From NCBI GenBank assembly GCA_050230475.1, contig JBFLGF010000148.1, positions 1 through 64,000 of the forward strand: 64,000 nt of DNA. Direction: 5' to 3'. This document shows, piece after piece, positions 26,431-39,100 of this stretch. The notes under the pieces are model-generated. The model saw only the letters and a list, made by a program, of their open reading frames with translations. It had not been told where the DNA came from and did no database searches. The translations under genes and the position numbers were made by a program. Origin of the DNA: Ancylonema sp. Taxonomy: Eukaryota. Every line of letters begins with the position of its first letter. Within the stretch, counting starts at the first letter, position 1.

Positions 26431-27879
26431 CCACCAGCAGGCGACATCTGGGGTGACCAACCGGTTCTGGACCTATTGAAGCACCATCGCCATGCTGATG
26501 GCGCCTCTGCCAGGGATAAGGACCGCGTCTACAGACGGGCCGTGGGGTACAGGTGGCTGGGGGGGCACGTCTACAAAGTCTTCCCGGGGGGGGTGCTACT
26601 GATCGTGCCTCCCCCTGCTGAGCGTCTCTCCCTCATCAAGCGAGTCCACACTGAGATGGGCCACTTTGGGGAGCTACGCGTCCACAAGTTCCTCCAGAAG
26701 GCCTACTAGTGGGAGGGGATGGGCGCAGACGTGAAAGGGGTGCTGAGGGGGTGCTAGTCCTGTGCGCGTGCTCAGGCAGCCTTCAAGGACCCCCAGCAGC
26801 AGTTTCAACCCCTTCCCATCCGAGGTCTGGGGTACCGCTGGGGCATCGACTTCGCTGGCCCCTTTCCCACTACCAGCCGTGGCAACCGCTACGTGTTGGT
26901 GATGACCGAGCACTTCTCCAAGTGGGTAGAGCTGGTGCCCTGCGTCGACAAGTCCGCAGACACCGTCGCCTACGCCTTCCTTATCTCTGTGCTGAGCAGG
27001 TTTGGAGCCCCAGCTGAGGTGGTGTCAGACCAGGGGTCTGAGTTCAGGGGCGCCTTCAAGTCCCTTCTCAACCAGTTTGGCATCGACCACGGGCTGGCCA
27101 GCCGCGAGCACCCGCAAGCCGATGGGCTGGCTGAGCGCCTGGTCCAGACGATGAAGCAGAGCCTGCGCAAGTCCGTGCTGGAGCGCTGCGCTGCAGACTA
27201 GGACCTGGTGCTGCCCTACGTTGCCATGGGCTACAGAATGACTCAGCAGCGTGCCCTATGGTACAGCCCATATTTCATCCTCTACGGCCGTCATCCCATC
27301 TTCCGTACCAAGATCCAGGATCTGGAGGACCAGCAGTTGCCTGACCTTGACGACCCCGAGGCCCTCCGCCTCTTTCTGGACGCCCGGGGCCACATCTTCC
27401 AGAACGTGATGCCGCTGGCCCTCCGCAACCTGGCCACAGCGCAACACCGCGACACAGTGCGCTTCATGAAGGTTCGGGGCACACCTTGGGACGCCCCAAA
27501 GACTTATGTGGAGCCTGGCGACTTCGTGCTGGTGAAACGGCCTACTGAGGGGACTCTTGACGTGCCCAGCCACCCTCACATTCTGCAAGTTGTGCGAAAG
27601 AAGAGCTCAAGGGTGGTGGTTCTACAGGGGCAGAATGCAGCGCGCATAGAGGAGCAGATCAATAATGTGGCTCCCTGTTCCCTTCCCATCCTTAACATAA
27701 ATATCTACCCGGAGCGCTACTTCAGCGGGGATCTGGTTCACTGCCGCGAGTGTGGTAGTCGTGAGAAAGAGGAGTCAATTGTGCTCTGTGACCAGTGCCA
27801 AGATGGCTTTCATATTCGGTGTTTGACCCCGCCTTTGCCTCATATTCCCCTAGGATCTTGGGTATGCCCATATCACTAA
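26431..27879 (+). pseudogene. Ty3/gypsy DDE integrase (HHCC + rve core) with C-terminal PHD finger; 3 in-frame TAG stops
   Basis: One reading frame carries HTEMGHFG...C*SC, WGIDFAGPFP, VVSDQGSEF, HPQADGLAERLVQT, SPYFILYGRHP, and the PHD CRECGSREKEESIVLCDQCQDGFHIRCLTPPLPHIPLGSWVCPYH. Stops at 26707, 26755 and 27199. Confidence 0.93.
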
Positions 27880-29224
27880 GCTGCTCTTTGTTAGGGAGGT
27901 GTGTTGGACTTGGGGGGGCTTTCTTTCTGTATTGTCTTTCAAGTTGTCAACCTCTGACTTCGGTTCTCAGCCGAGAACTTGGGGGGGGAGTAAAATAAAA
28001 TTGTATGTTTGTAGTCTCGCTAGGCATGTGAGTTGTGGTTGTGTGTGATGCTATGTGTGTTGACATGCAAGTAGTTAGCGCTTGCTTGCTATGTTGTTCG
28101 GAACGTGTTCGGATCTCTATCCACACGTGTCCGCAAGTGTCCTTAGCATGTTTGAGGTTGCCCTACAAGCCGCACGTGTAGTGACGTCATCGATCTCTAT
28201 AGGTACGTCAGCTGTCGTAGCGGTAGGAATCGGTTGCTTATAGCGGATACGCCCCCGTTATAGACGATTGGTTAGTGGCTCTCCGCCTTAGCCGGGCGTT
28301 ACTTATGTGTTATTAGGAGTTACATGTTCACCGTGTACCACGGGCCTGCAAGTCACATCACGATTGCTGGCCGTGGCCTCTGATTGGTTTAGGGTGATTT
28401 CATCGTAAACGTTACGCTCTTAGAGTTGCCGCTGATTTCGCACGTTGCGGGGGTGCCTCACCCACTGCACTAGAATAGGAGTAGCGTTGTACCCTAACTT
28501 TTCTGATAACTTCCCGGAACTTCTATCATCGCCTCGCACGTGTCTTGCATTGCTCTGTCTGTGTATTGATACCGTTGCGTTGAGTAGTGCTTAGAGGTTG
28601 GCAGGAACACATTAGCCGAACAGATCGCTAGCTCACGGCGCATCTGGGCGACCAAGGTCTCCATTGCCTTGGATAGTTTATAAGTAAAATCAAATTGTAT
28701 GTTTGTAGTCTCGCTAGGCATGTGAGTTGTGGTTGTGTGTGATGCTATGTGTGTTGTGATGCAAGTAGTTAGCGCTTGCTTGCTATGTTGTTCGGAACGT
28801 GTTCGGATCACTATCCGCACGTGTCCGCATGTGTCCTTAGCATGTTTGAGGTTGCCTTACTAGTCGCACGTGTAGTGACGTCATCGATCTCTATAGGTAC
28901 GTCAATATAAAAATACTATCACAATAATTTGAACAATCATTCACCAAAACATGCATTCTTCACCAAAACATGTATTTTGAAATAATATATACGATTGGTG
29001 GGTATAGACCGCCCACCAAACGGATTTTTGATTGTTTTTGTGTTTTTTAATTTGTTTGGTCGCCTCGGGCTACTTTAATTGAGACGGAATTAAGTAATTT
29101 TAGGAAATAGTATTTGCTCTCGCAAGAGGACTTTGGACGAAATACAACGCATACTCCTTTTCCCGATCGTTATTCCTTTCTACTCGGGGAAGCAACCCGC
29201 CACTGTATTCAAGGATGAGATAAG

Positions 29225-29450
29225 TAGGGTGGCGGTCTACCCTTCACCCGGACAACCCTTAACCCGTAACCCTGAGGTATTGACCCGCAAATAACCCGGC
29301 AGCCAAAAACCGGGTTAAAAACCCGCAATAACCCGGAATAACCCTCGTACCCGAAAATACGTGGACTACCCCAGAGGGTTTGAGGATATTTGAGGGTATA
29401 TGAGGGTTTTTCAGAGTATTTGAGGGTATTCCAGGGTACATCAAGGTAGG
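29225..29450 (+). mobile_element. Probable hAT-like DNA transposon end fragment
   Basis: TAGGGTGGCGGT start with AACCCG repeats, similar to 5122. Confidence 0.35.
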
Positions 29451-31579
29451 TTATGGTAGATTCTTCCGGGATTTTATTTTCATTTATAGGTCTCTGATCG
29501 CCTAATTTCAGTTACGAATCTGTGCGGCCTGACCGTGGCCAAGAAAACCTTGTTGCAAACGGCGCGAACCCTATCCCCTTTGTCGGCGACAAGTTGTCGC
29601 TGGTGGCTTAGAGAGTCCGTGGGGGAGGAACTTCAGGCCGCAAAAAGTAAACGGGCCATGTTTGACGCACCGCCGCGTCCGATTCAATGCTCGAAATACT
29701 TATATATATATATATATTGAAAAAAATGCTAGATTTTGTTCAGAGCTTCATAAATTTAACTTATTTTTGAAAGCCGATGACGGACGGTCGAGATACGGGC
29801 GTTTTAGTGACGAAAAAGTGAACGGGCCATTTCTCGTGCGCCAAATTCCTCGGAATGAGGCTTTTGAATGGCTTTTTAACGGCTTTTGAACGGGGACTTG
29901 ACGGAAATTAACGAGATTTCCCGAATCCAAGAGTGATACTTAGCTTCGGCGAATGAAGATGCAATGGAGGGAACGGTGAGGTCTTCTACGAGTGTGGTGG
30001 CCTCAACCCGGTGGTGGATCTGATGGGTGACATTGAGGAGGACGCTCCCACCATGAATCCCATCGGCGTAGAAGAACGCATCCGTGAGGGTCGGGCGCGA
30101 TCAGCATTCAGGTCCTTTGGATGAATTGTTGGCGAGAGTGAGCCAAATGTTTTCGACGAGATACCACTTGGCGCGGATCCGTCTGCGCCAACAGTTCCTC
30201 CAGCGCAAGTCGGAATCCCAGCAAGGGGCGTACCTCCCAAGGGACAGTGGGGATGGAGAAAATCTTCCCTCGCAAATTTTTTATCGGATGCATTGGAGCC
30301 CCTTAGCACAAAACAACGATGCCGCAGATAATTATTATACGATTTTTTTATTAGATCATTGAATGGTCGTTCCTACCTTGGTATGACTAACGTGCGGTTT
30401 GGAGTCGGTTGCTTACAAAGAGGTTGTTGAGGTATATCTGAGTTACATGTTTATCAATTTATTGTTTTGATAAACTGCTGCGTTGATGTAGATCTTTACT
30501 GGTCTTGATGTAGATGTCGATAGTAGATGGAGTAGGACTCTGTTGCTCTCACTAAGTTGGGTTGCAGATTGAGTCTCTACTGAGAACTAGGTGTCACGCT
30601 AGTTCTATCACACTTTCTCGTGCGTGAATGTGTGGAACACTACTTGACGCCGAGGGCGAGTCGACAATTACTATCAACAATAGAAAGTTTGGAAAGGATT
30701 ATTGATGGTAAACAGGAGCTGGGAAACAAGAGCAGACGAGGTTGTATAAGAACATGACAAAAATATGCCGTGGTTGAGTGGCATAACTGGAAGGTAAAGG
30801 TAAGACAGGATCATCAGTAGAAGGTAATCGTGTACTTAATAATGCGAACAATGCATCAGGGTCAGGTGCACATCCCTGAGTATAGGTAGGAATGGTAGAC
30901 TCATCCAAATATGTATAAACGGTATGTTCATAATCTGGGGAAGATGGTACTTGTAGCAAGTCTGGTAGACTATCGGGTATGCTGAGAGAATCCGAGATTG
31001 TGGATAGTGAGGTAGAATATGGTGATAAAGAAAAATGTAGTTGTACAGGTGGTACTGAAGGTGGTTCCGATGGTTGGTATTGAAAAGTGTGGTTGATGAA
31101 AGAGAAATCTTCATGATGTTTTTGATGGTGTTTCCTCGTGTGGTAAGAGGCAGCATGAGATGTTGAATGAGATTGTCGTCTTAGTTGGTTGGATATCCAA
31201 GTGATGTTTGGTAGGTCTGGGATGGTTGTTGGCTGATGCCGAGTGTTACTCTGTTGACCAGGTAAGGACCGGAGACCAGAATTTCGTGGACCAGAAGGAT
31301 CAAGTTTGACCCTTGAGTTGTTAGGCCTTATTTTGGTTGGTTTAGCTGAATTTGAGGACCGTGGTCTTGGACCGGGTTTCGATACCATCTTAGGTCCTAA
31401 ATTGGTTTGTTGACTTTTGGCCGTAGTGTGGTTGTGACTGTTGATTTTGGAATTGGATTTGTTCCGTCCGTGTGGTTTGACGGGATTGGTTGAAATATGT
31501 TGACCAGAGGATCTAGTGTCCCTCCCCCCAGAGTTGAGGTTGGTAAATACCTTTGTTCCGAGGTGAGGGGTGATCCCTA

Positions 31580-32563
31580 TGGTTTGGTGCCCTGGAGGAT
31601 TTCCGCCAGGAAAATGATGAGTCGGCCGTCCATCATGTGACCCAGGTGGGAGGCACACATGGGATCTGTGATGCAACCAGGGGCTGTGTAGCCCACAAGT
31701 CGTCCCAGGGCTTGCTCGATCTCGAATGGAGAAGGTGGCACGTACTTCAAAGATGGTGCATCGAACAGCATCCCGATGCCGGGTCGTCCATCCGATCGAA
31801 GCGTATTATCGCATGTCTAGAGGTAAGGACTCGGAGTGGGAAACACAGCCAAGCGGTTGCCCATGCGGTTGAGTTTGTGATTCACCAACTCGGGAAGTGT
31901 CATGATTTGTGCAGTGTGCCCTGGTTGCAGAAGGTTTTGCAGCGGCTCCCGGGTCTGCCTGTTGGGTTGCGCAAGTTCCAGTTCGCGTGGTGTAATGCAG
32001 TTGGTCCACACCTTGGTTGGGCGATGGACGTGGCCTTTGAACTGGAGTGGTTGGAGCTCTGCAGCGTTACCAAAGAATGCATGCGCCAGGTGGTACAGGT
32101 CGTCCACCCAAGGAGGGTACTCGGGTGTGCCGATGTGGGTGTAGAAAATATGCACCGGGAAGAATTGTGCGAGCCGTGCGCTGTAGTGCATCCATTTGAT
32201 GACAGCGAGAAGTGGAGCGAGGCGATGGTCTTGACCGCCACGGAGAGGGTTGCAAGTGCGTTCCACTTCCGTGTGATAGTTACCACCGACCACGTCGAAA
32301 GGGCCTTTCCGACGGAAGAGTGCGTCCATCTGCTCCGTTGTCGTGTCGGTGACGCTGGTAGACAGGATTTCATCGCAATGTTCGATCGCAGAGTTCGGCA
32401 GCTGGTTTGGAAAGCGGAGTTGAAGTTGTCGCAGCTTTTGGCGGTAGCGGTTTTTGGTGTGGATGCAGTCCGTCTCCGGCGTGACGTGGGAAACGATGGA
32501 GCCTCCCTCGAGACAAATCTCCACAATCTCTAGGTTGCCGAAAGGAATGTAGATGTGCAGGCC
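31580..32563 (-). pseudogene. C5-cytosine-methyltransferase-fold domain lacking catalytic residues (family 1)
   Basis: GLHIYIPFGNL (motif I position), QLQLRFPNQLPNSA, GPFDVVGGNYHTE (motif IV position), HRPTKVWTN (VIII) and PSPFEIEQALG...HLGHMMD (IX/X). One in-frame stop at ~31817. Confidence 0.7.
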
Positions 32564-33145
32564 ACGAGCCTCAGAAGTTGGTTGCGTGGAGATGATGGTG
32601 CGGGGAAGTTCGTATGCACCTTAAAATGTAGGACCACACCATTTGAGTGATGGTGGGAGTGGTTGGTAGTCATACTGCATTTTGAGATGTGCCTTTCGTA
32701 TATGAATTCGGCCATTCCGCCTGATGGTTTGGTAGTGAGCGTCTCCGTAATGCAGGATAGTTGGCGCGTAGATGGAATCTGCCAACTTGCTGCGATTTGT
32801 TCCGGAGAAGGCCTTCGGGATGGCACCCATGTTGAGAAGGTGTGCCATAGCCGGTCGAACGAATGGTTGGCGGAAGGTAAAATCTGACACACTAGTGTTT
32901 GTGCGTGCCAGTCGTTGAGCAAACATCGGTTTTGTCTCTGAGGTCGCGCAGGTGTGCGTAGGCACCGAGTGGTTTGTTCTTCACCGCTTCCTTCTCCATT
33001 TGACAATGGATTGTCCCTGGGTCCTCCGCCGTGGGTAGGTGGGATGAAGAGCTGGGAGTTGTAGGTGTAGACCGCCGACTATCCATCAGGTAGGTCTCTA
33101 CTCGATGTGTTGCCGCGACTGGTGATGCTCACTGCATGCGCTGCC

Positions 33146-36100
33146 GGTTAGAATATTTTGGATAGCCATATGTTATGCTTGCTAGTCCAGTTGTAACCGG
33201 TTACTCTAACCGGGAGCAATATTCTAGATGTGCCTGTATGCGGGGCCCCCCAAGTTTGTGCCCGGGCACCTGACATGTTTCCGACGCTTAGAGACGTTAT
33301 TTGTTTGAAGCGTCGTGATTGGCTTGGTTAGTCGTGTCAGAAATGTCCGGGCATGTGCCGTTGACATGTAGAAGAGCTGTCAGTCAATGATGGCCGACGG
33401 TCAATTGTGCCGACCGTCGGCACAACAATCTGTAAAGCGCATCGGGTATTACCATCCCCCCCGATGCAATCACAATAACGTCCACACACGCAACTCCTGT
33501 CTTGATCATCAGTGATAGATACTTTTGCGTACGGTTCGTTTTGTCGCCCACCTAATTATTCCGGCACGTCTAATCACTCAAAAGCAGGTTATGGGCCCAC
33601 GTGCGGTCTAGTTCAAACCGTGTTGGTTAAAAACTAAAGGCTCCATGCGATTTCGCTGCGGTAATCTCTGTGAACGGTATATTCTGCCTGTGAGCGCAGC
33701 AAATATATTCGTAGTTGTTAAGGTCTGCTGCACGTAGTAATTTTGACATTGCGCTGCAAGTTTTCGAGCTGAGTGCTGCAGTGCAGGAATTGCACTAAGA
33801 ACTCGAGCTGAGCGAGAAATTTTGTGAAATCCTACACAATAGCTGCCACAATGACGGATAGGTCGCAAATCCCTCAGTTAACTGGAGCTGATTATATAGG
33901 ATGGGCCTTCAAGGTCAAGTATGGGCTGGCGGACAAGAAACTGCATCGTTTGGTGATGGATTGGGACAGCTTGCCGGCGAAAGTGTCGCCCAGACGTTAT
34001 CCTTCCATGACACCACACCTGACAACTGACACCTGACAACGAGCTGCAATTTGCCGCCAGGGGGGTCGACGTGGAGGTCGAAATATTGGTCAGACAGCAG
34101 CAGATTTCCCAGCAGCTGCTGGAGCGGGAGAAAGGGGATGAAGACAATCTGGCTGCTCTGTCATACATTGTGAAGCACCTAGGTCCTTCGGAGCTGACGC
34201 ACGTCACGGACTGCGGGATGCCTTGAGGACATTCTACCAGGTGCAGGGTGCGATCGAGATCGCAAATACGGAAGCACTGCTGAGCGGATCATTCAGACAG
34301 AGGCGGAGGACCTCAACGTGTACGTCAAGCGTCTGCAGCAGCTGCACCAGGACCTGAAAAATCTGGGGGCGCCAGTATCTCCGACGAAGCAGGCGATCAA
34401 CCTGCTGAACTCTTTAAACACGCATTACAGCCCAATGGTCTCAACGCTGATGCCATGGTCCGAGTCGTCGCCACACCTCTTCACTATTCCCCACATCGTG
34501 AGTGCGCTGCTGCGCGACGACGTGAGGAAGGAGCTGAGAGCGGAAAAGGACGGGGGGCGCTGCCAGGAGGTCACCAAGCGCATTATGGTGGGGGGGACCT
34601 GGGGGGGGAAACGGAGCTGGAAACAGCAGCAGATCTGGAGGTGCGACTGGAGCTGGTCGCAGAGACGTTGCAGGCGTCGAATGCTTCGGTTGCCACAAAT
34701 TCGGGCACATCAGAGCGAACTGCCCTTCACCAGCTCTTGGCGGAGGCCATGCCGGAGCGTGGAAATGTCACAGGTGCCACCAGGCAGGCGGCAGGCCACC
34801 GAGCTGCTCAGTGCCCTGCGACATCGCCAGCAGCTGTGCGCACGCTACTCAGGGAAGTTCAGGGGGGAGGCAGAAGTGCAGATATTGCAACATTGTAGGG
34901 CATACGATTGAACAATGTAGAAAACGTACGTCTGACATGGCTCTAATGAACCCAGAAGCTGCTCGAAGGGCTGATGCACAAGCTAGACTTGCTCGCTTTG
35001 CTGACAAACCTTTCCGACGCTAATGTGGATTATTTAGCTTTCGGTGCTTTCTCGTTCGATGTTGCTCGGGCATTGTCTGCTGGTTCTCACACAGACTCCT
35101 TGATCCTGAATTCAAGTGCTACAGACCACATTTTCACGGAACGTGAACCATGTTGTGGAGTCCACACCTACCCTGAGCACGCAGAAGGCCTACATCACCA
35201 CTGCCGACGGCTCGTCACACAAGGTGGAGGGCACTGGTTTCGTGCACATCCGAGTGAGGACCTGGCGACGCATTTTTTATGCAGCCACTCAGCTCGATCC
35301 ACGTCCCTACCTTTGCCTGCACCCTCGTGTCGACATCGTGCCTCGTCAAAAGAGGTGGGCTGAGCTTCTACAGCTGCCCCACGGGTCCAATAATTAAACA
35401 AAGGGAAATGTGAAATAATGGGCTGATGTGCTGCAGCAGCCTAGTGGTCTGACGTCGCTTGCTGCCACCATCGTCATGCCTGGATCTCATGATACGAGAG
35501 CAAATTTGTCCACAGGCATGGTCTGGCATCACAAACTGGGTCACCCCAGTTCTGTTCTGATGTGATGTGATGTCAGATTTTGTTGTCAGACGTGGTGACA
35601 TCCCAGAGTTAAGTCTCAGGGAGAATTAACTGAAGTAAAGGGGATGTCAGGTTTGTTGTCAGGGGAAGATGATTCAGCTCAGTCATGCTAAGGTCTCAGT
35701 GAGGATCTGGGGACATGCCCCAAGATGGGTCGCATCCACGGATCTCATTGGACCACTGTCTGTCAGGTCTGCTAACGGAGGATTTACATATGCTCAGAAA
35801 GGGATTGAGGTATCCACACGTCTGTCATTTGTCAGTTTGCTAAAAACAAAGGATGAAGCACTGAACCGAGCAAAAGTCACTATACAATTGCTCGAGGTCC
35901 AGTCAGGGTTGCCACTACAGTCTATACGGACAGACAAGGGTGGGGAGTATGTGTCTCAGGACTGGATAAACTACTGTGGGGGGAAGGGTATTGACAAGCA
36001 AACCACAGAAGCATATAGTCCTGAACAAAACGGAATCTGTGAAAGACTGAATAGAACATTGACCGAAAAAATGCGATGCATATTAATCTGGTCAGGTCTA

Positions 36101-39100
36101 CCGAAGTCGTATTGGGATGTGGCATTATTACATGCAAAACTGGCTAAGGAACAGAACTCCCACTGTCGCTTTCTGGCAGAATCCCAATTGAAGTCTGGGA
36201 GGGAAAAACATGAAAATGAACAAAAGTCAAATTTTGGGTGTCTGGTTCAATACTTGAAGGTTGGGGGGGAAAAGAACAGTCAAGGGGACAAGTTTGCCCC
36301 TCGCACTTGCTTTGGTGTGTTTTGGGGATGGCTGCGGGGAGTGCAGGCTACAACGTCTTCGACCCCCATAGGGTGGGGGTGATATCACGGCATGGACGTG
36401 GCGGTTTCTTCGAGGAGGTGCCCGGGGTACCCGAAAGCTCATGCGGGGGAGAGGCTCCCCAGGTTTTAGGAGGCAGCAGAAAAACACTTTTTCTACCTTT
36501 TCCCCGACCCTCAAGATGAACCAGCTGCAGCAGTTGTGCCAGCAGCAGCAGTCCACCCCAACATGCCCAGCAGCAGCAGTCCACCCCAACATGCCAGCAG
36601 TTCTGCAGCCGATGCCAGCAGTTTTGCAGCCAATCCCAGCACCAGCAGAAGCAGCAGTCCCTGAGCCAGCAGCTGCCATCGACTATCCGCTGCCATCGAC
36701 TATCCGCACGACAAGCTGCTGAGGTCCCTAACGCCACGATTGAGTTGTCCGACAGTCAGTCAGGGATCAACAACGCAAGAGGTGGAGATGCAGGGGAGGA
36801 GGAGGTGCAAGGAGGGGGTGCAAACCCAGGAGTGGGGGAGCCCCGCCCTTGGGGAGCCAGGCAGCGTAGCTGATCGGGTGATGGCCAGAAGGCGAGCCAA
36901 CTTTGCCGAGTATGGGGATCTCGTGATGTGATGGGGAGGAGTTCGATGACGCAGCACACGCCAACTACTCAGCGACTGAGTGGGAGCCCAGCAGTTTCTA
37001 CACTGGCTTCAACGGTCTTGTAGATCCGGGCTACGCATGCGTAGCATCTAAGAGCAACTCCTCCGAGCCACTCACCCTCAACCATGCGATGATGAGACCA
37101 GACTGGGACCAGTGGGACAGGGCCATTGTGGAAGAGCTCGCTGCCACGTTCAACTCCTTTGAGGTGTGTGTGCTTCCTCCAGGTAAAAAGGCTGTGGGGT
37201 GCAGATATGTTTTTAAGGTCAAAACAACACCACAGGGGGATATAGAAAGATATAAAGTCAGACTGGTCGCACAGGGATTCTTACAGCAAGAGGGTATTGA
37301 CTATAATGAAGTATTTGCACCAGTAATCGACAGTACATCTATCACTCTACTCCTCTCTATAGCCAACCAATATGACTGGGAACCGGAACAGATGGACGTA
37401 ATCACAGCGTTCCTGCATGGACGTCTGGAAGAAGAAGTTTACATGAAAATACCACCACGGATGCATATCAATGGGGGTGCTGAGGGAAAGGTCTTACGAC
37501 TGAAGGGAGCTTTATACGGTCTAAATCAGAGTAGCCACGTGTGGCAAGAGATGTTCAGAAAGTTTATGATATCTGAAGGGTTTACACAGTGCGTAATGGA
37601 CACATGTATATATATGAGGGGGGAAGCAGACAGCAGAATCATACTGGGCATACATGTAGATGATCAGGTGATCACAGGTCCTAACGCAATGGTCGTCAAA
37701 ACTTGACATGAAGATATGGGTAAAAAGTTCAAAGTCAAGGATCTGGGTCCCCTAACCCATATCCTGGGGGTGGAAGTGAAGAGGGATAGACAGAGAAGAC
37801 TGCTCACACTGGGACAGTCAGGAGTCTTAAGGGGAGTACTCGAACGTTATGGGATGCATGAGTGTAATCCAACCAAACTCCCCCTCGCCCCTGGAACTCA
37901 ATTTACACAAAATGATGAACCAACTCTTTCCCCTACCCCTGAAGAAATAACAGACTTTCGAGGGAAAGTGGGATCTCTCATATATGCCATGAAACAAACC
38001 AGACTGGACATCGGGTATGCACTTGGGGTACTGGCAAAACACCTGGGAAATCTTGGGGTCGCACACATAAGGGCGTTACATCAACTATTCAGATACCTTA
38101 AAGGGACTGTGAACCACGGACTGACGTTTGTGGGTAAGGACATATTTGAAGTAAAGGGTTACTGCGATGCATCATGGAACAGTTGCAGCATGACAGGCAA
38201 GTCAGTCACAGGATGGGTAACCACGGTTGGGGGGACAGCACTGAGTTGGAAGTCGCAGAAGCAGTCCATTGTTGCACAGAGCACTGCTGAGGCTGAATAT
38301 ATCGCTGCCTGTAGTGTGTCTAAAGAATGCTGTTATCTAAAGTCTCTCTTGAAAGAACTCAATTCCCAAACCAAATCACAATCCACACTGACTCAACCTC
38401 AGTCTCCATGATCCAGAATCCTGCAACGACAGAAAGCAAAACACTTTAATGTGGTATATCACTGGGTACGGGAATGCCACAGCACGGGGAGACTAATATG
38501 TGTATCTTGCAGGCGCCAATCAACCAGGATATGCTAACTAAAGCTCTTCCCCAAGTTTTAGTGGACAGACACAGCAAAAGTCTAGGTTGGACGGTTATAC
38601 TGAACTGGGGGTGTCAGTAGTTTTCTTTTATTTTTATGATCGAAGGTTTCGAATGCCATGCATGTTGGCAGGGGGTGTGTTGTTATGTTTCTTTTCAGGC
38701 AGAAGTAATGGGGAGGTACACCAACTTCAGCTCATCCAGCTAAGTCACATCTTACCTTAATACCTTGAAAAGACACTTGAAAACGCTTAAACGTTTAAGG
38801 ACACTTTAAAATCAGAAAGTGTGAATCTGCTCAACTTTAAACTTGTTCTGAATTTTCGTATGTATGTCCTAATCATGTTCAAAACTTGTGTCAAAAGTTG
38901 GTGCTGATAGGACTGGTAATTTTGAAGTTATGTTTTGAGATTTTTCTGACTGGAAAAGTTTCAGAATCGTGAAGTTGAAAAAGTTAAAAAATCAAAAATA
39001 TATTTTCATAAGTTTTTTTGTTTTTCGCCTAACTTGTGGTATTTGATTGTATGTTCAGGGCTTCGGCCTGAAAAACGACTAAGGATCTGGAGCGATCGAC

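Larger units (their letters stand above)
23556..28904 (+). mobile_element. Ty3/gypsy-type element with split direct repeats (family 3): A1 23556-~24027, gag, integrase-PHD, PPT 27981-27990, B1 27991-28210, GC, A2 28213-28682, AG, B2 28685-28904; TSD ATAT
   Basis: A1/A2 and B1/B2 are high-identity direct repeats. ATAT lies at 23552-23555 and 28905-28908. The integrase ORF ends ~100 bp before the PPT. The PR/RT/RH region is missing. Confidence 0.92.

Noticed and set aside
23556..28904. DIRS/Ngaro (tyrosine recombinase) classification suggested by split repeats
   Set aside because: No tyrosine recombinase motifs seen; a DDE integrase, PPT, TG..CA-type ends and a 4-bp TSD are present. Caveat: the central pol region is deleted in this copy.
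28213..28904. A2-B2 as an independent solo LTR inserted next to the element
   Set aside because: There is no TSD around A2-B2; the TSD brackets the whole A1...B2 unit, and the arrangement repeats in several elements.
29940..30360. GC-rich coding-like stretch after the hAT-like end
   Set aside because: No recognisable domain, contains stops, and is truncated by the family 1 insertion.
30699..31676. 325-aa Pro/Ser/Thr-rich minus-strand ORF as an env-like extra gene
   Set aside because: Low complexity with no recognisable motif, and the frame is not kept in the paralogous region 44075-45000.
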